A DNA stretch of 64,000 nt from an uncultured delta proteobacterium (GTDB lineage Bacteria > Myxococcota_A > UBA9160 > UBA4427): NCBI GenBank assembly GCA_963822965.1, contig CAWGJT010000012.1:32001-96000 (forward strand). Reading direction: 5' to 3'. This document shows positions 11,170-22,093 of the stretch, piece by piece. How positions within the stretch are numbered: the stretch's first letter is position 1; each line of letters begins with the position of its first letter. Made by a program: the position numbers and the translations under genes. Below the pieces are notes generated by a model. That model did no database searches and was not told where the DNA came from. It saw only the letters and a program-made list of their open reading frames with translations.

Positions 11170-11583
11170 ATGGAGGGCGGCTCCGGCCCTCTGGACGACC
11201 TCCGGGACGAGTCGAGCCAGGATCCGGACGCGCGGCCGGGGGTCCTGCCGGACGTGCTGCGCCGGATGATGGCCCTGGGCTTCTCGGGGCTGTTCAGCAC
11301 CGAGGCGGCCCTCCGGAGCGCCCTCGGCGACACCGTTCCCCGGGAGTGGGTCGAGTTCCTGAGCGATCAGAGCGAGCGCACGCGCGCCGAGTTCGCCCAG
11401 CGCCTGGCCGAGGAGCTGGGACGCGTCCTCGAGCAGGTCGACCTGGTGGAGCTCGCCGAGCAGATCCTGGAGGGGCGCACCATCGAGGTGAAGGCGGAGT
11501 TTCGCCTGGGCCCCCGAGACCCGCAGCGCTCCCCCGCTCCGAGCCGCGACGGCGCTGAGCCGATCGACACCCGAAAGCGTTAG
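11170..11583 (+). CDS. Hypothetical helical protein (possibly phasin-like)
   Basis: GGAGG RBS before ATG 11170; amphipathic helical sequence. Confidence 0.7.
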   Translation: MEGGSGPLDDLRDESSQDPDARPGVLPDVLRRMMALGFSGLFSTEAALRSALGDTVPREWVEFLSDQSERTRAEFAQRLAEELGRVLEQVDLVELAEQILEGRTIEVKAEFRLGPRDPQRSPAPSRDGAEPIDTRKR

Positions 11584-11615
11584 AGCGACGTACCCGCAAG
11601 GATTCGGAGGGCGAA

Positions 11616-12974
11616 ATGGAGAACGAAGGACACGCCAGCGCGCGCACGACCGTGCTACCCACGGCCGTCGGAGTCGTCGCGCTGCTCGCGCTCTTCGGCT
11701 ACACGCTCTTCCTCCACCAGGGCCTGGGGCAGGCGCCGGGAGGCTGGGCGAGCAAGTGGTGGCATCCGACGATGTTCCTGCTGCTCACCCCGACGGTCGG
11801 AGGCTGGGCCGACGTCCCGTTCCAGGGCACCGTCTACCTGACGCTGCCGGCCGCAGCGCTCGCCGTGGCCGTCTTCCTGGGCACCCGCTCGGCCGTGGCG
11901 CGGGCCCTCGCCGCTTCCTTCGTCGTGATGGCGGCACTCTTCTGCGTCGCCGCCTTCAAGGCCACCGGCGCCTGGGAGTTCTTCCACTGGCGCTTCTCGG
12001 TGGTGATGGTGTGGATCGGCCTGGCGACCGGATTCACGATCATGTCCCCCGCGCTCTCGGAGGCGTGGCTCCGCCGGGGCTGGGTCGTGCGCATCCTGCT
12101 GTACGTGCCGCTCTTCTTCGCCATCGTGGCCGTGATCCGCAACGCGACGGGAACGGACGAGAGCCTGGTCGCGAACTTCTCGCCCTGGCCGGGGATCACG
12201 GTCTTCGGCCTGGAGATGGGTGCCTACACGATCGTGGGCCTCCTCTACGGCCTCGCGATCGGCCTGGGCGCGCTCAGCCAGTGGAGCAAGCGGCCTCTGC
12301 TCGCGGTGTGCGGGGTGGTCGTCGGCGCCGTCTTCCCCGCCGTCTGGTTCTCCGATCGCTTCTCCAACACCTCGAGCGGGCCGCTCGTCGGCATCGTGCT
12401 CCTGGCGCTCCTGCTCCTCGGCCTCACGGCGGCGACCCGAAGCGGCGACGCGTTCGGCGAAGCTGGCGCACCGCGCCGCCTTCTTCGCGCTCGGCGCCAC
12501 GCTGGTGATCGCCCCGCATCTTCACCGGGCGCGCGTGGGCGAGCCGCCGACTACACGGTGAACAAGTTCGTGCGCGCGCGGATCATCTCGGACGCGCTGG
12601 CGGCCTACTACGCCCGGGAGGGCGTCTACCCGGACCGGCTCTCGCAGCTCGTCGAGGAGGGCGATCTGGCCGAGATTCCGCGGCCGCGGGTGGGATTCGA
12701 CTTCCTGTACGACATCGGTCTGCTGCCGCCCATCGCCTTCAGCTACCGGGGGCTCGGAAGCAGCTACGTGCTCGAGTTCGTGTCGACGGAGTGGGTCCAG
12801 TGCGCCTACAACCCGCCCTGGTCGTCGGAAGGCGACGAGTACGCGGACGACGAGGAAGAGTACGACGATGAAGAGCTGGACGACGAGTCGACCCAGGAAG
12901 TCTGGTCGTGCCCCGACACGCGGCCGGCGCTCTGGGGCAACGACGAACGCTCCGACGCCGGCGAGGACGGGTAG
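11616..12974 (+). CDS. Polytopic membrane protein with acidic C-terminal domain (probable compensating frameshifts near 12460-12545)
   Basis: About 9-10 hydrophobic segments; tail DEYADDEEEYDDEELDDE. Confidence 0.75.
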   Translation: MENEGHASARTTVLPTAVGVVALLALFGYTLFLHQGLGQAPGGWASKWWHPTMFLLLTPTVGGWADVPFQGTVYLTLPAAALAVAVFLGTRSAVARALAASFVVMAALFCVAAFKATGAWEFFHWRFSVVMVWIGLATGFTIMSPALSEAWLRRGWVVRILLYVPLFFAIVAVIRNATGTDESLVANFSPWPGITVFGLEMGAYTIVGLLYGLAIGLGALSQWSKRPLLAVCGVVVGAVFPAVWFSDRFSNTSSGPLVGIVLLALLLLGLTAATRSGDAFGEAGAPRRLLRARRHAGDRPASSPGARGRAADYTVNKFVRARIISDALAAYYAREGVYPDRLSQLVEEGDLAEIPRPRVGFDFLYDIGLLPPIAFSYRGLGSSYVLEFVSTEWVQCAYNPPWSSEGDEYADDEEEYDDEELDDESTQEVWSCPDTRPALWGNDERSDAGEDG

Positions 12975-12984
12975 GCACCCGATC

Positions 12985-14367
12985 ATGGCGAGCCGGCTGC
13001 CGCGCCTCTCCGTCGCCGAACGCGTCTACCGGGCCCGACGGATCGGCATGACGTTCGGCCGGATCTATCTGGGCGCGAAGACGAACCAGTTCCTGGCGCG
13101 TCGGGTCGCTCCCCGCGACATGGCCGAGCGCTGGTCCGCCTTCCACACGGAGTCCGCCCACGCGATCTACGAAGCCGCCATCGAGCTGCGCGGGCCTCAT
13201 CCTGAAGGGCTGCCAGTTCATCGGCTCCCGCGCCGACGTCCTGCCGCCCGAGTACGTGGAGATCCTCTCCCGGCTGCAGGACCGCGTTCCGGCGAAGCGC
13301 TTCCCGGTGGTGCGGGAGACCATCGAAGAGGAGCTCGACCGCCCCCTGGGCGAGATCTTCGCGTCGTTCGAGGAATCGCCGATCGCCTCGGCCTCCCTGG
13401 CCCAGGTGCACCGGGCGGTCCTCCACTCCGGCGAGACGGTCGCCGTCAAGGTGCAGTACCCCGAGATCGCGAGCCTGGTCCGCTCGGACCTCTCGAACCT
13501 GCGGGTGCTCTTCCGCACGGTCGGCCTGGTGGAGCGCGACTTCGACCTGATGCCGCTCGTCGACGAGCTGGGCACCCACATGCCCCTGGAGCTGAACTTC
13601 GTCAACGAGGCGCACAACGCGGAGCGCATCTCGCGCTTCTACGAGGATCGCGAAGACGTCCACGTGCCCCGGGTCCACTGGGAGTACACGACCCGCCGCG
13701 TGATGGTCAGCGAGTTCATCGAAGGCATCAAGATCAGCGACGCCCGTGCGCTGCGCGGCGCGGGCATCGACCCGAACGCGATCATGCGCACGCTGATCGA
13801 GGCGTACTGCGAGCAGATCCTCATCCGGGGCTTCTTTCACGCCGACCCGCACCCGGGCAACCTGCTGGTCGAGCCCAAGGGACCCGCACGGCGGCGCGCG
13901 TCTGGTCTTCGTGGACTTCGGGCTGGCCAAGGAGCTGCCGGCGCGCTTCCGGCACGGAATCCTCGAGCTCACCGGCGCGCTGGTGCAGGGAAGCGCCGCG
14001 CGCATGGCGCAGGCGTTGCTGCGAGCTGGGCTTCGAGACCCGGGAAGGCGGCGTCGAGGCGCTCCACGACATCGCGGCGGTGGTGCTCGAGACGGCGGTC
14101 CGGCTCCGGAAGCAGAGCTGGCTCGACCGCGATGCGGCGCGCGAGGCGGGCGAGGACCTGCCGCGCATGATCCGGGAGAACCCCATCGTGCGCGTGCCGA
14201 GCCACGTCGTCCTGCTCGGTCGGGTCGTCGCGCTGCTCTCGGGACTCGGCCGCTCGCTCGAGGCGCGGGTCGACATGGTGCAGACGATCCTCCCCTTCGT
14301 GCTGAAGACCGCCGCGACGCCGCCTCGCGGCACCCGCAGCCCGAGGGCGCGCCGCTCCGCCGGGTGA
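12985..14367 (+). CDS. AarF/ABC1/UbiB family atypical kinase (frameshifted)
   Basis: LSRLQDRVP, PIASASLAQVHRA, VAVKVQYP, ELNFVNEA, GFFHADPHPGN, DFGLAK. Confidence 0.92.
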   Translation: MASRLPRLSVAERVYRARRIGMTFGRIYLGAKTNQFLARRVAPRDMAERWSAFHTESAHAIYEAAIELRGPHPEGLPVHRLPRRRPAARVRGDPLPAAGPRSGEALPGGAGDHRRGARPPPGRDLRVVRGIADRLGLPGPGAPGGPPLRRDGRRQGAVPRDREPGPLGPLEPAGALPHGRPGGARLRPDAARRRAGHPHAPGAELRQRGAQRGAHLALLRGSRRRPRAPGPLGVHDPPRDGQRVHRRHQDQRRPCAARRGHRPERDHAHADRGVLRADPHPGLLSRRPAPGQPAGRAQGTRTAARVWSSWTSGWPRSCRRASGTESSSSPARWCREAPRAWRRRCCELGFETREGGVEALHDIAAVVLETAVRLRKQSWLDRDAAREAGEDLPRMIRENPIVRVPSHVVLLGRVVALLSGLGRSLEARVDMVQTILPFVLKTAATPPRGTRSPRARRSAG

Positions 14368-14452
14368 GCCGGGAGCCGCGAGCCGTCGTGCCTCCCCCGG
14401 CCAGCCCCTGCGCAACACGACGAGGCGTCACTGGGGCCTGCCGGCTTCCGGT

Positions 14453-15423
14453 GTGGCGCTGGGGATCTCCCTGGGCGGCGTGTCCGACGCGCGCGAGGCG
14501 CAGTGCCCTGCTCGCGTGGGTCGACCGCGCCGAGGCGCTGGGACTGCATTCGGTCTGGATTCCCGAGATGCACTTCGCACCCGGGCGTCGCGACGGCGCC
14601 CCTGGTGCTGCTCGCCGCCTGTGCGGCGCGCAGTCGCCGGCTGCGGCTCGGCACCACGTCCCTGCTGCTTCCCATCCGATGCGCCGCTGCGCGTCGCCGA
14701 GGAGGTGGCGGCTCTCGATCGGCTGTCGGGCGGACGCGTGCTGCTCGGGCCTCGGGCGCGGATTCCGGGCGCCGCTGTTCGAGGCCTTCGGAATCGACGC
14801 CGCCACCAAGCGCGACCTGTTCGATCGGGCGCTCGATCGGCATGCTCGACCGCTGGGCCGGGGACGCCGACGGAGGGCGTGCATCCGGCGCGGCGGACGG
14901 CGCGAGCCCGTCGCGCCCCACCCAGCGGCCGCACCCGCCTCTGGCCGTGGCCGCGTTCGGCCGCAAGGGACTGCTGCAGGCGTCGCGACGCGCCCTGCCC
15001 TACCTGGCGTCTCCCCTCGAGCCGCTCGACGGCATCGAGGAGAACCTCCGCTTCCACCGCGACAACCTCCCGGCCGAGGTGTCGGCCGCGGATCTCGTGG
15101 TTCCCGTGATGCGCACCGTCCACGTCGCCGCCAGCGACGCCGAGGCGGCTCGGGTGATCGCGGCCCTGGAGGACGAGCAGCGCAGGGCGCGGCCCGGCGG
15201 ACCCCTCCCCGCCGCCGTCGCGCGCGCCGCCGCCGGCGGGGTCCACCAGCGTGCGGTGGTCGGGCTCCGCCAGGAGGTGACCGATCGGCTCGGCGCCTAC
15301 CGCGAGCGGCTCGGGATGGACCTGCTGGTGGCACGACCGCAGATCCGCGCGGCCAGCACCGGCGAGCGCGAGGCGGCCCTCGAGCGGCTGGCCCTCGACG
15401 TGATGCCGGCGCTCGGCGTCTGA
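14453..15423 (+). CDS. LLM-class flavin-dependent oxidoreductase (frameshifted)
   Basis: AEALGLHSVWIPEMHF, RLRLGTTSLLLP, LRVAEEVAALDRLSGGRV, PTQRPHPPL. Confidence 0.85.
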
Positions 15424-15433
15424 GACCCGCCGC

Positions 15434-15619
15434 TCAATCGGGGTCGGGCTCTTCCCGCGTGAACGAGATGAACGCCATGCTCGGCCGCTTCGACGATTCG
15501 CGCATGGCGAACTGCACGTTGTCGAGGGTCCATCCCCGAGCGGTCCACTCGTTGAGGACCTCTTCGATCTCGACGTCGGTGACCGAGCCGAGCTCCACGA
15601 CCTTCCAGACGAGCGCCAC
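15434..15619 (-). CDS. Small conserved protein, DUF4177-like
   Basis: WKVVELGSVTDVEIEEVLNEWTARGWTLDNVQFAMRESSKRPSMAFISFTR. Confidence 0.7.
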   Translation of the reverse strand: MALVWKVVELGSVTDVEIEEVLNEWTARGWTLDNVQFAMRESSKRPSMAFISFTREEPDPD

Positions 15620-15738
15620 GCCGATCTCCCGCTTGGCCGGCCCTCCGGGCCGGCGGGCCGCCGCGGCCCGGGCCCCGCGACGGCCGGGGGCCTTCGCCGA
15701 CTCGTCGGCCGGACCGTGCCCCGACCTGAGCGCCCGGC

Positions 15739-16710
15739 TCAGGCCAGGCGCGGCGCCAGCTCCGCCGCCGCGTAGGTGAGGATCCAGTCGGCCCCCGCCC
15801 GCTTGATGGCCACGAGGGCCTCCTCCATCGCGCGCGGACCGTCGATCCAGCCGCGCTGGGCCGCGGCGTGGATCATCGAGTACTCCCCCGAGACGTGATA
15901 GGCGGCGAGAGGCACGTCGAACTCCCGGCGCGCGTCGGCCAGGATGTCCAGGTAGGGCAGCGCCGGCTTCACCATCAGGACGTCGGCGCCCTCTTCGTAG
16001 TCGAGCCGCATCTCGCGCAGGGCCTCGCGCCGGTTGGGCGGATCCATCTGGTAGGAACGGCGGTCGCCGAACTGGGGCGTGCTCTCGGCCGCGTCGCGGA
16101 AGGGGCCGTAGAAGGCGCTCGCGAACTTCGCCGCATAGGAGACGATCGGCACCTCGCCGAAGTCGTGGGCGTCGAGGATGCCGCGGATGGCGGCGACCCG
16201 ACCGTCCATCATGTCCGACGGCGCGACCCCGTCTGCGCCCGCGCGCGCGTGGGAGAGCGCGGTCGCCGCGAGCCGCTCGACCGAGGGGTCGTTGCGCACC
16301 TCCTCGCCCTCGACGATTCCACAGTGCCCGTGGTCGGTGTACTCGCACAGGCACACGTCGGTCATCACGCACAGCTCGGGCAGGCCCGCCTTGAGGGCCG
16401 CCACCGCCCGCTGCACGACGCCGTCGGCGGCATCGGCCCCGGACCCGACGGCGTCCTTCCGCTTCGGAATGCCGAAGAGGATCACGGCCGGGACGCCCCG
16501 GTCGAAGACCCGCTTCGCTTCCTCGACGAGCGTGTCGACGGAGAAGCGCGAGACGCCCGGCATCGACGCGACCGGCTCGCGCACCCCCGATCCCTCGACG
16601 ACGAAGAGGGGCTGGATCAGGTCGTCCCGGGACAGGCGCGTCTCGCGGACGAGCCGCCGCAGGGCCTCGGTGCGCCGGAGTCGGCGCAAGCGGTTCACGG
16701 GAAAGCTCAT
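15739..16710 (-). CDS. hemB: Porphobilinogen synthase
   Basis: [58 protein letters not shown]. Confidence 0.97.
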   Translation of the reverse strand: MSFPVNRLRRLRRTEALRRLVRETRLSRDDLIQPLFVVEGSGVREPVASMPGVSRFSVDTLVEEAKRVFDRGVPAVILFGIPKRKDAVGSGADAADGVVQRAVAALKAGLPELCVMTDVCLCEYTDHGHCGIVEGEEVRNDPSVERLAATALSHARAGADGVAPSDMMDGRVAAIRGILDAHDFGEVPIVSYAAKFASAFYGPFRDAAESTPQFGDRRSYQMDPPNRREALREMRLDYEEGADVLMVKPALPYLDILADARREFDVPLAAYHVSGEYSMIHAAAQRGWIDGPRAMEEALVAIKRAGADWILTYAAAELAPRLA

Positions 16711-18302
16711 CGTTCTTCCCTTTCGTCTTCTTCGGGGTCGTTCGCGGCCTCGCGCAGGGCCTGCACGTGTCGGCTGAGCGCTTCCACGAGCGAGCCGGAA
16801 TCCGGCCGCTTGGGCACCACGTCGGGCTCGATGCCCCGCTCGCGAAGCGCCTGCGCGGTGGTCGTGCCGACGGCCGCCACGATGCAATCCCCGACGGCGC
16901 GACGCGCCCCGTCGTCCAGCAGGTCCGCGAAGTGCGAGACCGTCGACGGGCTCGTGAAGGTGAGCGCGTGCAGGGTACCGGCTTCCAGCTCCTGGCGCAG
17001 AGCCGCCACGTCTACGGCGGGTCGTACGTTGCGGTAGGCGTCGACGGCGTCGACCACGGCACCGGCGTCGCGCAGGCCGTCCGCGATGCGCGTCCGGCCG
17101 ACATCGGAGCGGGGCAGCAGGAAGCGGCGGCCGGACACCGGCCCCGCCTGCAGGATCTGCGCGAGCAGCCCGTCGGCGTCGCTGCGACCGGTCGCCACCA
17201 CGTGCACGGGAAAGCCCACGGCGAGGGCGGCCTCGGCGGTCTTCTGGCCCACGCAGAAGACCCGCCCGCGGAACGCGCCGAGGTCGCCGCCGCGTTCCCG
17301 GGCCCGCGCGGCCAGGTAGCGCACCCCGTTCGAGCTCGCGAAGACGAGGCCTTCGTAGTCGCCGATCCCCGCGATGGCGGCGTCGAGGGCGGCCACGGAC
17401 TCCGGATCCTCGGGAGGCAGCAGCGCGATCAGCGGCACGAGCACGGGCTCGGCGCCCGCTGTGCGCAGCGCGCTCGCGAGCTCGGCACTCTGGTCCGCGG
17501 CCCGCGTCACGAGCACCCGCAGCCCGAAGAGCGGCTCCTTCTCCCACCAGGCGATGCTCTCGCGCAACCGGACGACCTCCCCCACGATCACCGTCGACGG
17601 GGCGCCGAGGCCCGCCGCCGCCACCCGCGCGGGCAGCTCGCCGAGCGGTGACACCACCACCTGCTGGGTGCCGAGGGTGCCGTGCATCACGGCCGCGCTC
17701 GGCGTGTCCGCGGGCTTGCCGCCCCGCAGCAGCTTGTCCACCAGGTCCGGAAGATTCCGCATCCCCATCAGGATCACGAGGGTGTCGACCGCCGCGCCGA
17801 GCTGCGCCCAGCGCGTCGCCTCACGGGGCCGGCCGGGGTCCTTGTGACCGGTGACCACCGCGAAGGACGCCGCGTGGCGGCGGTCCGTGACGGGAATGCC
17901 CGCATAGGCGGGAGCCGCGATCGCAGCGGTCACGCCCGGCACCACCTCGCACGGGATTCCCGCCGCCGCGCACGCCGATGCCTCCTCGCCCCCGCGTCCG
18001 AACACGAACGGGTCGCCGCCCTTGAGGCGCACCACGGTGGCGCCGGCCCGCGCCCGGGCCACGAGCAGCGCGTTGATGTCCTGCTGCGACCGGGTCGGCG
18101 CGTCGTGTCCGCGCTTGCCGACGTCGATGCACTCGGCGTGGGGGGGCGCCAGCGCCAGCAGCTCGCGGGTCGCGAGAGAGTCGTAGAGCACCACGTCCGC
18201 CCGAGCCAGGGCGGCGGCGCCCCGCACGGTGATGAGGTCGGGATCGCCCGGCCCGGCACCCACGAGGACGACGCGCCCGCCGCTCTTCCCGTCCGGGCTC
18301 AC
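16707..18302 (-). CDS. cobA: Uroporphyrinogen-III methyltransferase / uroporphyrinogen-III synthase fusion (CobA-HemD)
   Basis: [33 protein letters not shown]-terminal [19 protein letters not shown]. Confidence 0.95.
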   Translation of the reverse strand: MSPDGKSGGRVVLVGAGPGDPDLITVRGAAALARADVVLYDSLATRELLALAPPHAECIDVGKRGHDAPTRSQQDINALLVARARAGATVVRLKGGDPFVFGRGGEEASACAAAGIPCEVVPGVTAAIAAPAYAGIPVTDRRHAASFAVVTGHKDPGRPREATRWAQLGAAVDTLVILMGMRNLPDLVDKLLRGGKPADTPSAAVMHGTLGTQQVVVSPLGELPARVAAAGLGAPSTVIVGEVVRLRESIAWWEKEPLFGLRVLVTRAADQSAELASALRTAGAEPVLVPLIALLPPEDPESVAALDAAIAGIGDYEGLVFASSNGVRYLAARARERGGDLGAFRGRVFCVGQKTAEAALAVGFPVHVVATGRSDADGLLAQILQAGPVSGRRFLLPRSDVGRTRIADGLRDAGAVVDAVDAYRNVRPAVDVAALRQELEAGTLHALTFTSPSTVSHFADLLDDGARRAVGDCIVAAVGTTTAQALRERGIEPDVVPKRPDSGSLVEALSRHVQALREAANDPEEDEREER

Positions 18303-19232
18303 GCGGGAGACTCCGCCAGCTCCTTCAGGATCGCGTCACCGCCAGCTCCCAGGATCGCGTCGGCGACCGCCTCTCCGAGGCCGGTGGCGGCGTCGGCCGC
18401 GCCCCGCGCCTCGCGGCGGAGCGAGTCGGCTGCCGTCGCGGCTCGCCAGCAGCCCGCGCACGCGCAGCTCGCCGTCGCCGTCGAAGACGGCATACACCGC
18501 CAGCGGGGTCGTGCAGTCGCCCTCGAGGCGCGCCAGGAAGGCACGCTCGGCGGTCGCGCACACGACGCACGCCGTTCGTCGTCCAACGCGCGCCAGCCTC
18601 GCGGCCAGCGGGTCGTCGGCGCGCGTCTCGAGCGCGAGCGTGCCCTGGCACACCGCGGGCAGCAGGACGTCCTCCGGGATGCGTTCGGTGATCTCGCTCG
18701 CGAGACCCAGCCGATCGAGGCCCGCACAGGCCAGCACCACCGCGTCGAGGCCCTCGCTCTCCATCTTCGCGATGCGCGTCGGCACGTTGCCGCGCAGGGG
18801 CACGATCTCCAGGTCGGGCCGGGCGGCGAGCAGCTGCGCGCCGCGGCGCGTGCTGCCCGTGCCCACCCGCGCACCCGGCGAAAGGGTGGCCACCCGCAGC
18901 GCGGGCTCCCGCGCCACCAGCGCGTCGCGCGGATCCTCTCGCTGGGGGAACGCCACCAGGGCGAGTCCCGCCGCCGTGCGCGCCGGCAGATCCTTGGCGC
19001 TGTGCACCGCTACGTCCGCGCGTCCTTCGAGCAGGCTCTCCTCGATCTCCTTCACGAAGAGGCCCTTGCCGCCGATCTTCGCGAGGGAGACGTTCTGCAC
19101 GCGATCGCCGGTGGTCTTCACCACGACGATCTCCGTCTCGAGCCCGAGCTCGCCCCGGATGCGCGCGGCCACGTAGCGGGCCTGCACGAGCGCCAGGTCG
19201 CTGCCCCGCGTCGCGATGCGGACCGCGCTCAC
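18299..19232 (-). CDS. hemC: Hydroxymethylbilane synthase (frameshift near 18420)
   Basis: IATRGSDLALVQA, GGKGLFVKEIE, AVHSAKDLP, LRGNVPTR, LEGDCTTP. Confidence 0.95.
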
Positions 19233-20596
19233 TCCTCGTCCCCCCGATCCGGATCGAGCTCGCCCGCGGCCCCGCTCCGGCCGCCTGCTTCGGTGCTGGC
19301 GCCCAGGGTGGCGTCGATGTGACCGCCTGGGGCGCTGGTGTCGTCGAGTGCGAAGAGCTCGCGCGCGGCTTCGAGCATCGCCAGCCCCTCCTCGCGTCCG
19401 GTCTCCGCCCGCAGCCTCGCGAGCGGCGCGTGCAGCAGCTTGTTCACCACCCGCCGGGTGAGCGCCTCGACCCGCTCGAGCTGCGCGCCTTCGAGCGCGA
19501 CGCCGCTCGCGAAGCGCTCCAGCTCCTGGGCGACGATGGCCTCCGCCCGGGCGCGCAGGTGGCGGATGGTGGGGACGGCCTGCAGGGCCACGAGCCAGCC
19601 GTCGAAGCGCTGCTCCTCCTCGAGCACGATGCGCTCGCCGCGCTGGGACTCGCGCCGCCGCTCCTCGGCGTTGGCGGCGGCCACCTCCTGCAGATCGTCC
19701 ACGTCGTACAGATAGGCCGTGTCGAGCTCGTTGACGGCGGGATCGACGTTGCGCGGAACGCCGAGGTCGACCAGGAAGAACGGTCGGTTCTGCCGGGCCC
19801 GCTGGGCGGCGCGCACCCGGTCCAGGCCGAGCAGGACGTCGTCTCCGCCCACGCAGGTCAGCACGATGTCGGCGCCCGGAAGCAGCTCGTCGAGCTCGTC
19901 GAGGCCGTGTGCGGTGGCTTCGAATCGATCCGCGAGCTCGCGGGCATGGGCCACGGTCCGATTCGCCACGCGAAGCTGGGTGAGCCCCTCGCGCCGGAGG
20001 GAGACCATGGCGGCCTCGATCATCTCGCCGGCCCCCACGAGCAGCGCCTTCTTGTCGTCGAGCCGCTCGAAGATCTGCCGCGTCAGGTCGACGGCCACCT
20101 TCGCGACCGACACCGGCCGCTCGGCGATGCGGGTCTCGTTCTTCACGCGCTTCGCGGTGGCGAAGGCCCGTTGGAAGAGCCGGGACAGCACGGGACCGCA
20201 GGTGCCGCTCTCGACGGCGTCCCGGTACGCGTCCTTGAGCTGCCCGAGGATCTGCGGCTCGCCCACCACCATCGAGTCCATGGCGGACGCGACCCGGAAC
20301 ACGTGCCGCACCACGTCCCGGTCCCAGTACTCGTAGAGATGCTCGGGGCGCAGCGCCACCGGACCTGGCGACCCGGCGCGCGCGAAGAAGTCGTGGAGCC
20401 GCATCCGCGCGGCCTCGGGCTGGCGCGTGGTCGCGACCACCTCCACGCGGTTGCAGGTGGAGACGAGCACCACCTCCTCGATCTCGTCCGCGGTCGCGAG
20501 CTTCTGCAGCACCGGGCCGAGGTCGGAGACCGCAAACCGCTCGCGCACCTCGATGGGCGCGGTCTTGTGGTTCATGCCCAGCATCAAGAGCTTCAT
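19229..20596 (-). CDS. hemA: Glutamyl-tRNA reductase
   Basis: GMNHKTAPIEVRE, STCNRVE, SMVVGEPQILGQ, GAGEM, DLGVPRN. Confidence 0.97.
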   Translation of the reverse strand: MKLLMLGMNHKTAPIEVRERFAVSDLGPVLQKLATADEIEEVVLVSTCNRVEVVATTRQPEAARMRLHDFFARAGSPGPVALRPEHLYEYWDRDVVRHVFRVASAMDSMVVGEPQILGQLKDAYRDAVESGTCGPVLSRLFQRAFATAKRVKNETRIAERPVSVAKVAVDLTRQIFERLDDKKALLVGAGEMIEAAMVSLRREGLTQLRVANRTVAHARELADRFEATAHGLDELDELLPGADIVLTCVGGDDVLLGLDRVRAAQRARQNRPFFLVDLGVPRNVDPAVNELDTAYLYDVDDLQEVAAANAEERRRESQRGERIVLEEEQRFDGWLVALQAVPTIRHLRARAEAIVAQELERFASGVALEGAQLERVEALTRRVVNKLLHAPLARLRAETGREEGLAMLEAARELFALDDTSAPGGHIDATLGASTEAGGRSGAAGELDPDRGDEE

Positions 20597-21384
20597 GCCA
20601 GCACCCCGATGCCCACCACCGCGAACAGCAGGAAGAAGAAGCCCGCCACGGCGCTGGCCGCCGCCTGGCGCGCCCCCTGGTGGCCGACGAAGCGCGCCGT
20701 CACGAGACCGGCGTAGATCCCCCAGGCAACGACCGTCCACACCTCGTGGCTCGAGCCCACCCAGAGCGTGCCGTAGGTGTGTCGCAGCCAGAGCATGCCG
20801 GTCACCACGCCCAGGGTGAGCAGCGGGAACCCGACGGCGAGGGCGACCATGTTCACGCGATCGAGCGCCTCGAGCGAGGGAAGCACGCTGCGAGCCCGGA
20901 GGTGCCGCTTGCGCTTGAGACGCCGGTGCTCGACCAGGAAGAAGAGGCCCGCGATGCCCGCGACACCCAGCAGGCCGAGCCCGGCCCCGCCGAGCAGCAC
21001 GTGCATGTGGGGCCAGGAGCCCGACGGTGCGATCCCGGCCTGGGGCTCGTCGACCAGGCGGAGGGCGCCGGCGAACACCGCCAGGAAGGCCACCGGTCCA
21101 GCGACGGCGGTGAGCGCGGGGATGCGCAGCCGCCACATGAGCGCCAGCAGCGACAGCACCCCCATCCACGCCATGAACGAGACGGCCATCGGCAGGTCGG
21201 TCACGGGCGGCGCGCTGGGCAGCCGGTGCAGGGTCGCGAAGCCGAGTCCGTGCAGCAGGGCCGCCAGCGCGAGGCCGACGGCCGCGCCGCGCTCCATCCG
21301 CGGGCTGCCGACGACCACCCCGAGCAGGGCGCCGATTCCGGCGGCAAGATACAGAGCGGCGGCAATCTGGTGGAATTCGACCAC
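20593..21384 (-). CDS. ccsA: Cytochrome c assembly family membrane protein (CcsA/HemX-like)
   Basis: Multi-TM; PSLEALDR, GFPLLTLGVVTGMLW, VAWGIY; immediately upstream of hemA. Confidence 0.85.
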   Translation of the reverse strand: MVEFHQIAAALYLAAGIGALLGVVVGSPRMERGAAVGLALAALLHGLGFATLHRLPSAPPVTDLPMAVSFMAWMGVLSLLALMWRLRIPALTAVAGPVAFLAVFAGALRLVDEPQAGIAPSGSWPHMHVLLGGAGLGLLGVAGIAGLFFLVEHRRLKRKRHLRARSVLPSLEALDRVNMVALAVGFPLLTLGVVTGMLWLRHTYGTLWVGSSHEVWTVVAWGIYAGLVTARFVGHQGARQAAASAVAGFFFLLFAVVGIGVLA

Positions 21385-21497
21385 GTGGCGGTTCTCGTTC
21401 GGCGAGGCGGGGAAATCCGGGGAATGACCCCCGAGTATAGGCCCTGGGAGAGAAATCGACCGGACGTCCGCGGAGCCGTAGCACGGCGCGGAGCCGT

Positions 21498-22037
21498 TCA
21501 GCGACGCTTCAGACGCTCCATCTGGGCCTGGATGCGGGCGGCGTCGTTCGTCATCTCGAAGACGCGATAGGCGGGCTCACCGAACAGCACGAAGCGGATC
21601 TCGTCGAACGGCTCGGGTCCCGCCTGCCAGGCACGCGCCTCCTCGAGGGAGATCTCGGCGCAACGCTGCAGCGAGAGCCCGCCCACGCCGGCTCCGATCG
21701 CCGGCAAGGCGAGGGTGGTGCAGCCCTGCTCGCGCGCGCGCTCGAAGCTCCGGCGCACGCTCCGGCGCACGCTCTCCTCCGTGGCCGATCCGCCGGGCGG
21801 CATGCCGGCGGCGTGGATCACCCAGCGCGCCGGCAGATCGCCGGCGCCGGTGACCGCGGCGTCTCCCACCTCGATGGGACCGTGGGCATCGCACTCGGCC
21901 TGGATCGACGGTCCGCCCCGCGACCGGATCGCACCCGCCACGCCGCTGCCGAGCACGAGCGCGCTGTTCGCGGCGTTCACGATGGCGTCGACCTCCTGCA
22001 GGGTGATGTCTCCCTCCACGAGCGTGATGCGTCCCAT
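21498..22037 (-). CDS. Macro domain protein (YmdB/MacroD-like)
   Basis: GDITLQEVDAIVNAANSALVLGSGVAGAI, VIHAAG, ALPAIGAGVGG. Confidence 0.93.
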   Translation of the reverse strand: MGRITLVEGDITLQEVDAIVNAANSALVLGSGVAGAIRSRGGPSIQAECDAHGPIEVGDAAVTGAGDLPARWVIHAAGMPPGGSATEESVRRSVRRSFERAREQGCTTLALPAIGAGVGGLSLQRCAEISLEEARAWQAGPEPFDEIRFVLFGEPAYRVFEMTNDAARIQAQMERLKRR

Positions 22038-22093
22038 CTGGCGTCTCCCTCGCGCGTTCGGCGCGGGCTCGGGCGCGGTGCCGGCTCGGGCCC

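Noticed and set aside
16707..18302. CobA-HemD fusion as a novelty
   Set aside because: Well-known fusion in deltaproteobacteria and Firmicutes
2153..19232. Apparent pseudogenisation of polA, TetR, gamma-CA, cysK, truD, ABC1 kinase, LLM and hemC
   Set aside because: Single-base indels in conserved genes with intact motifs, also in groEL, thiL and lon; best explained by long-read consensus errors
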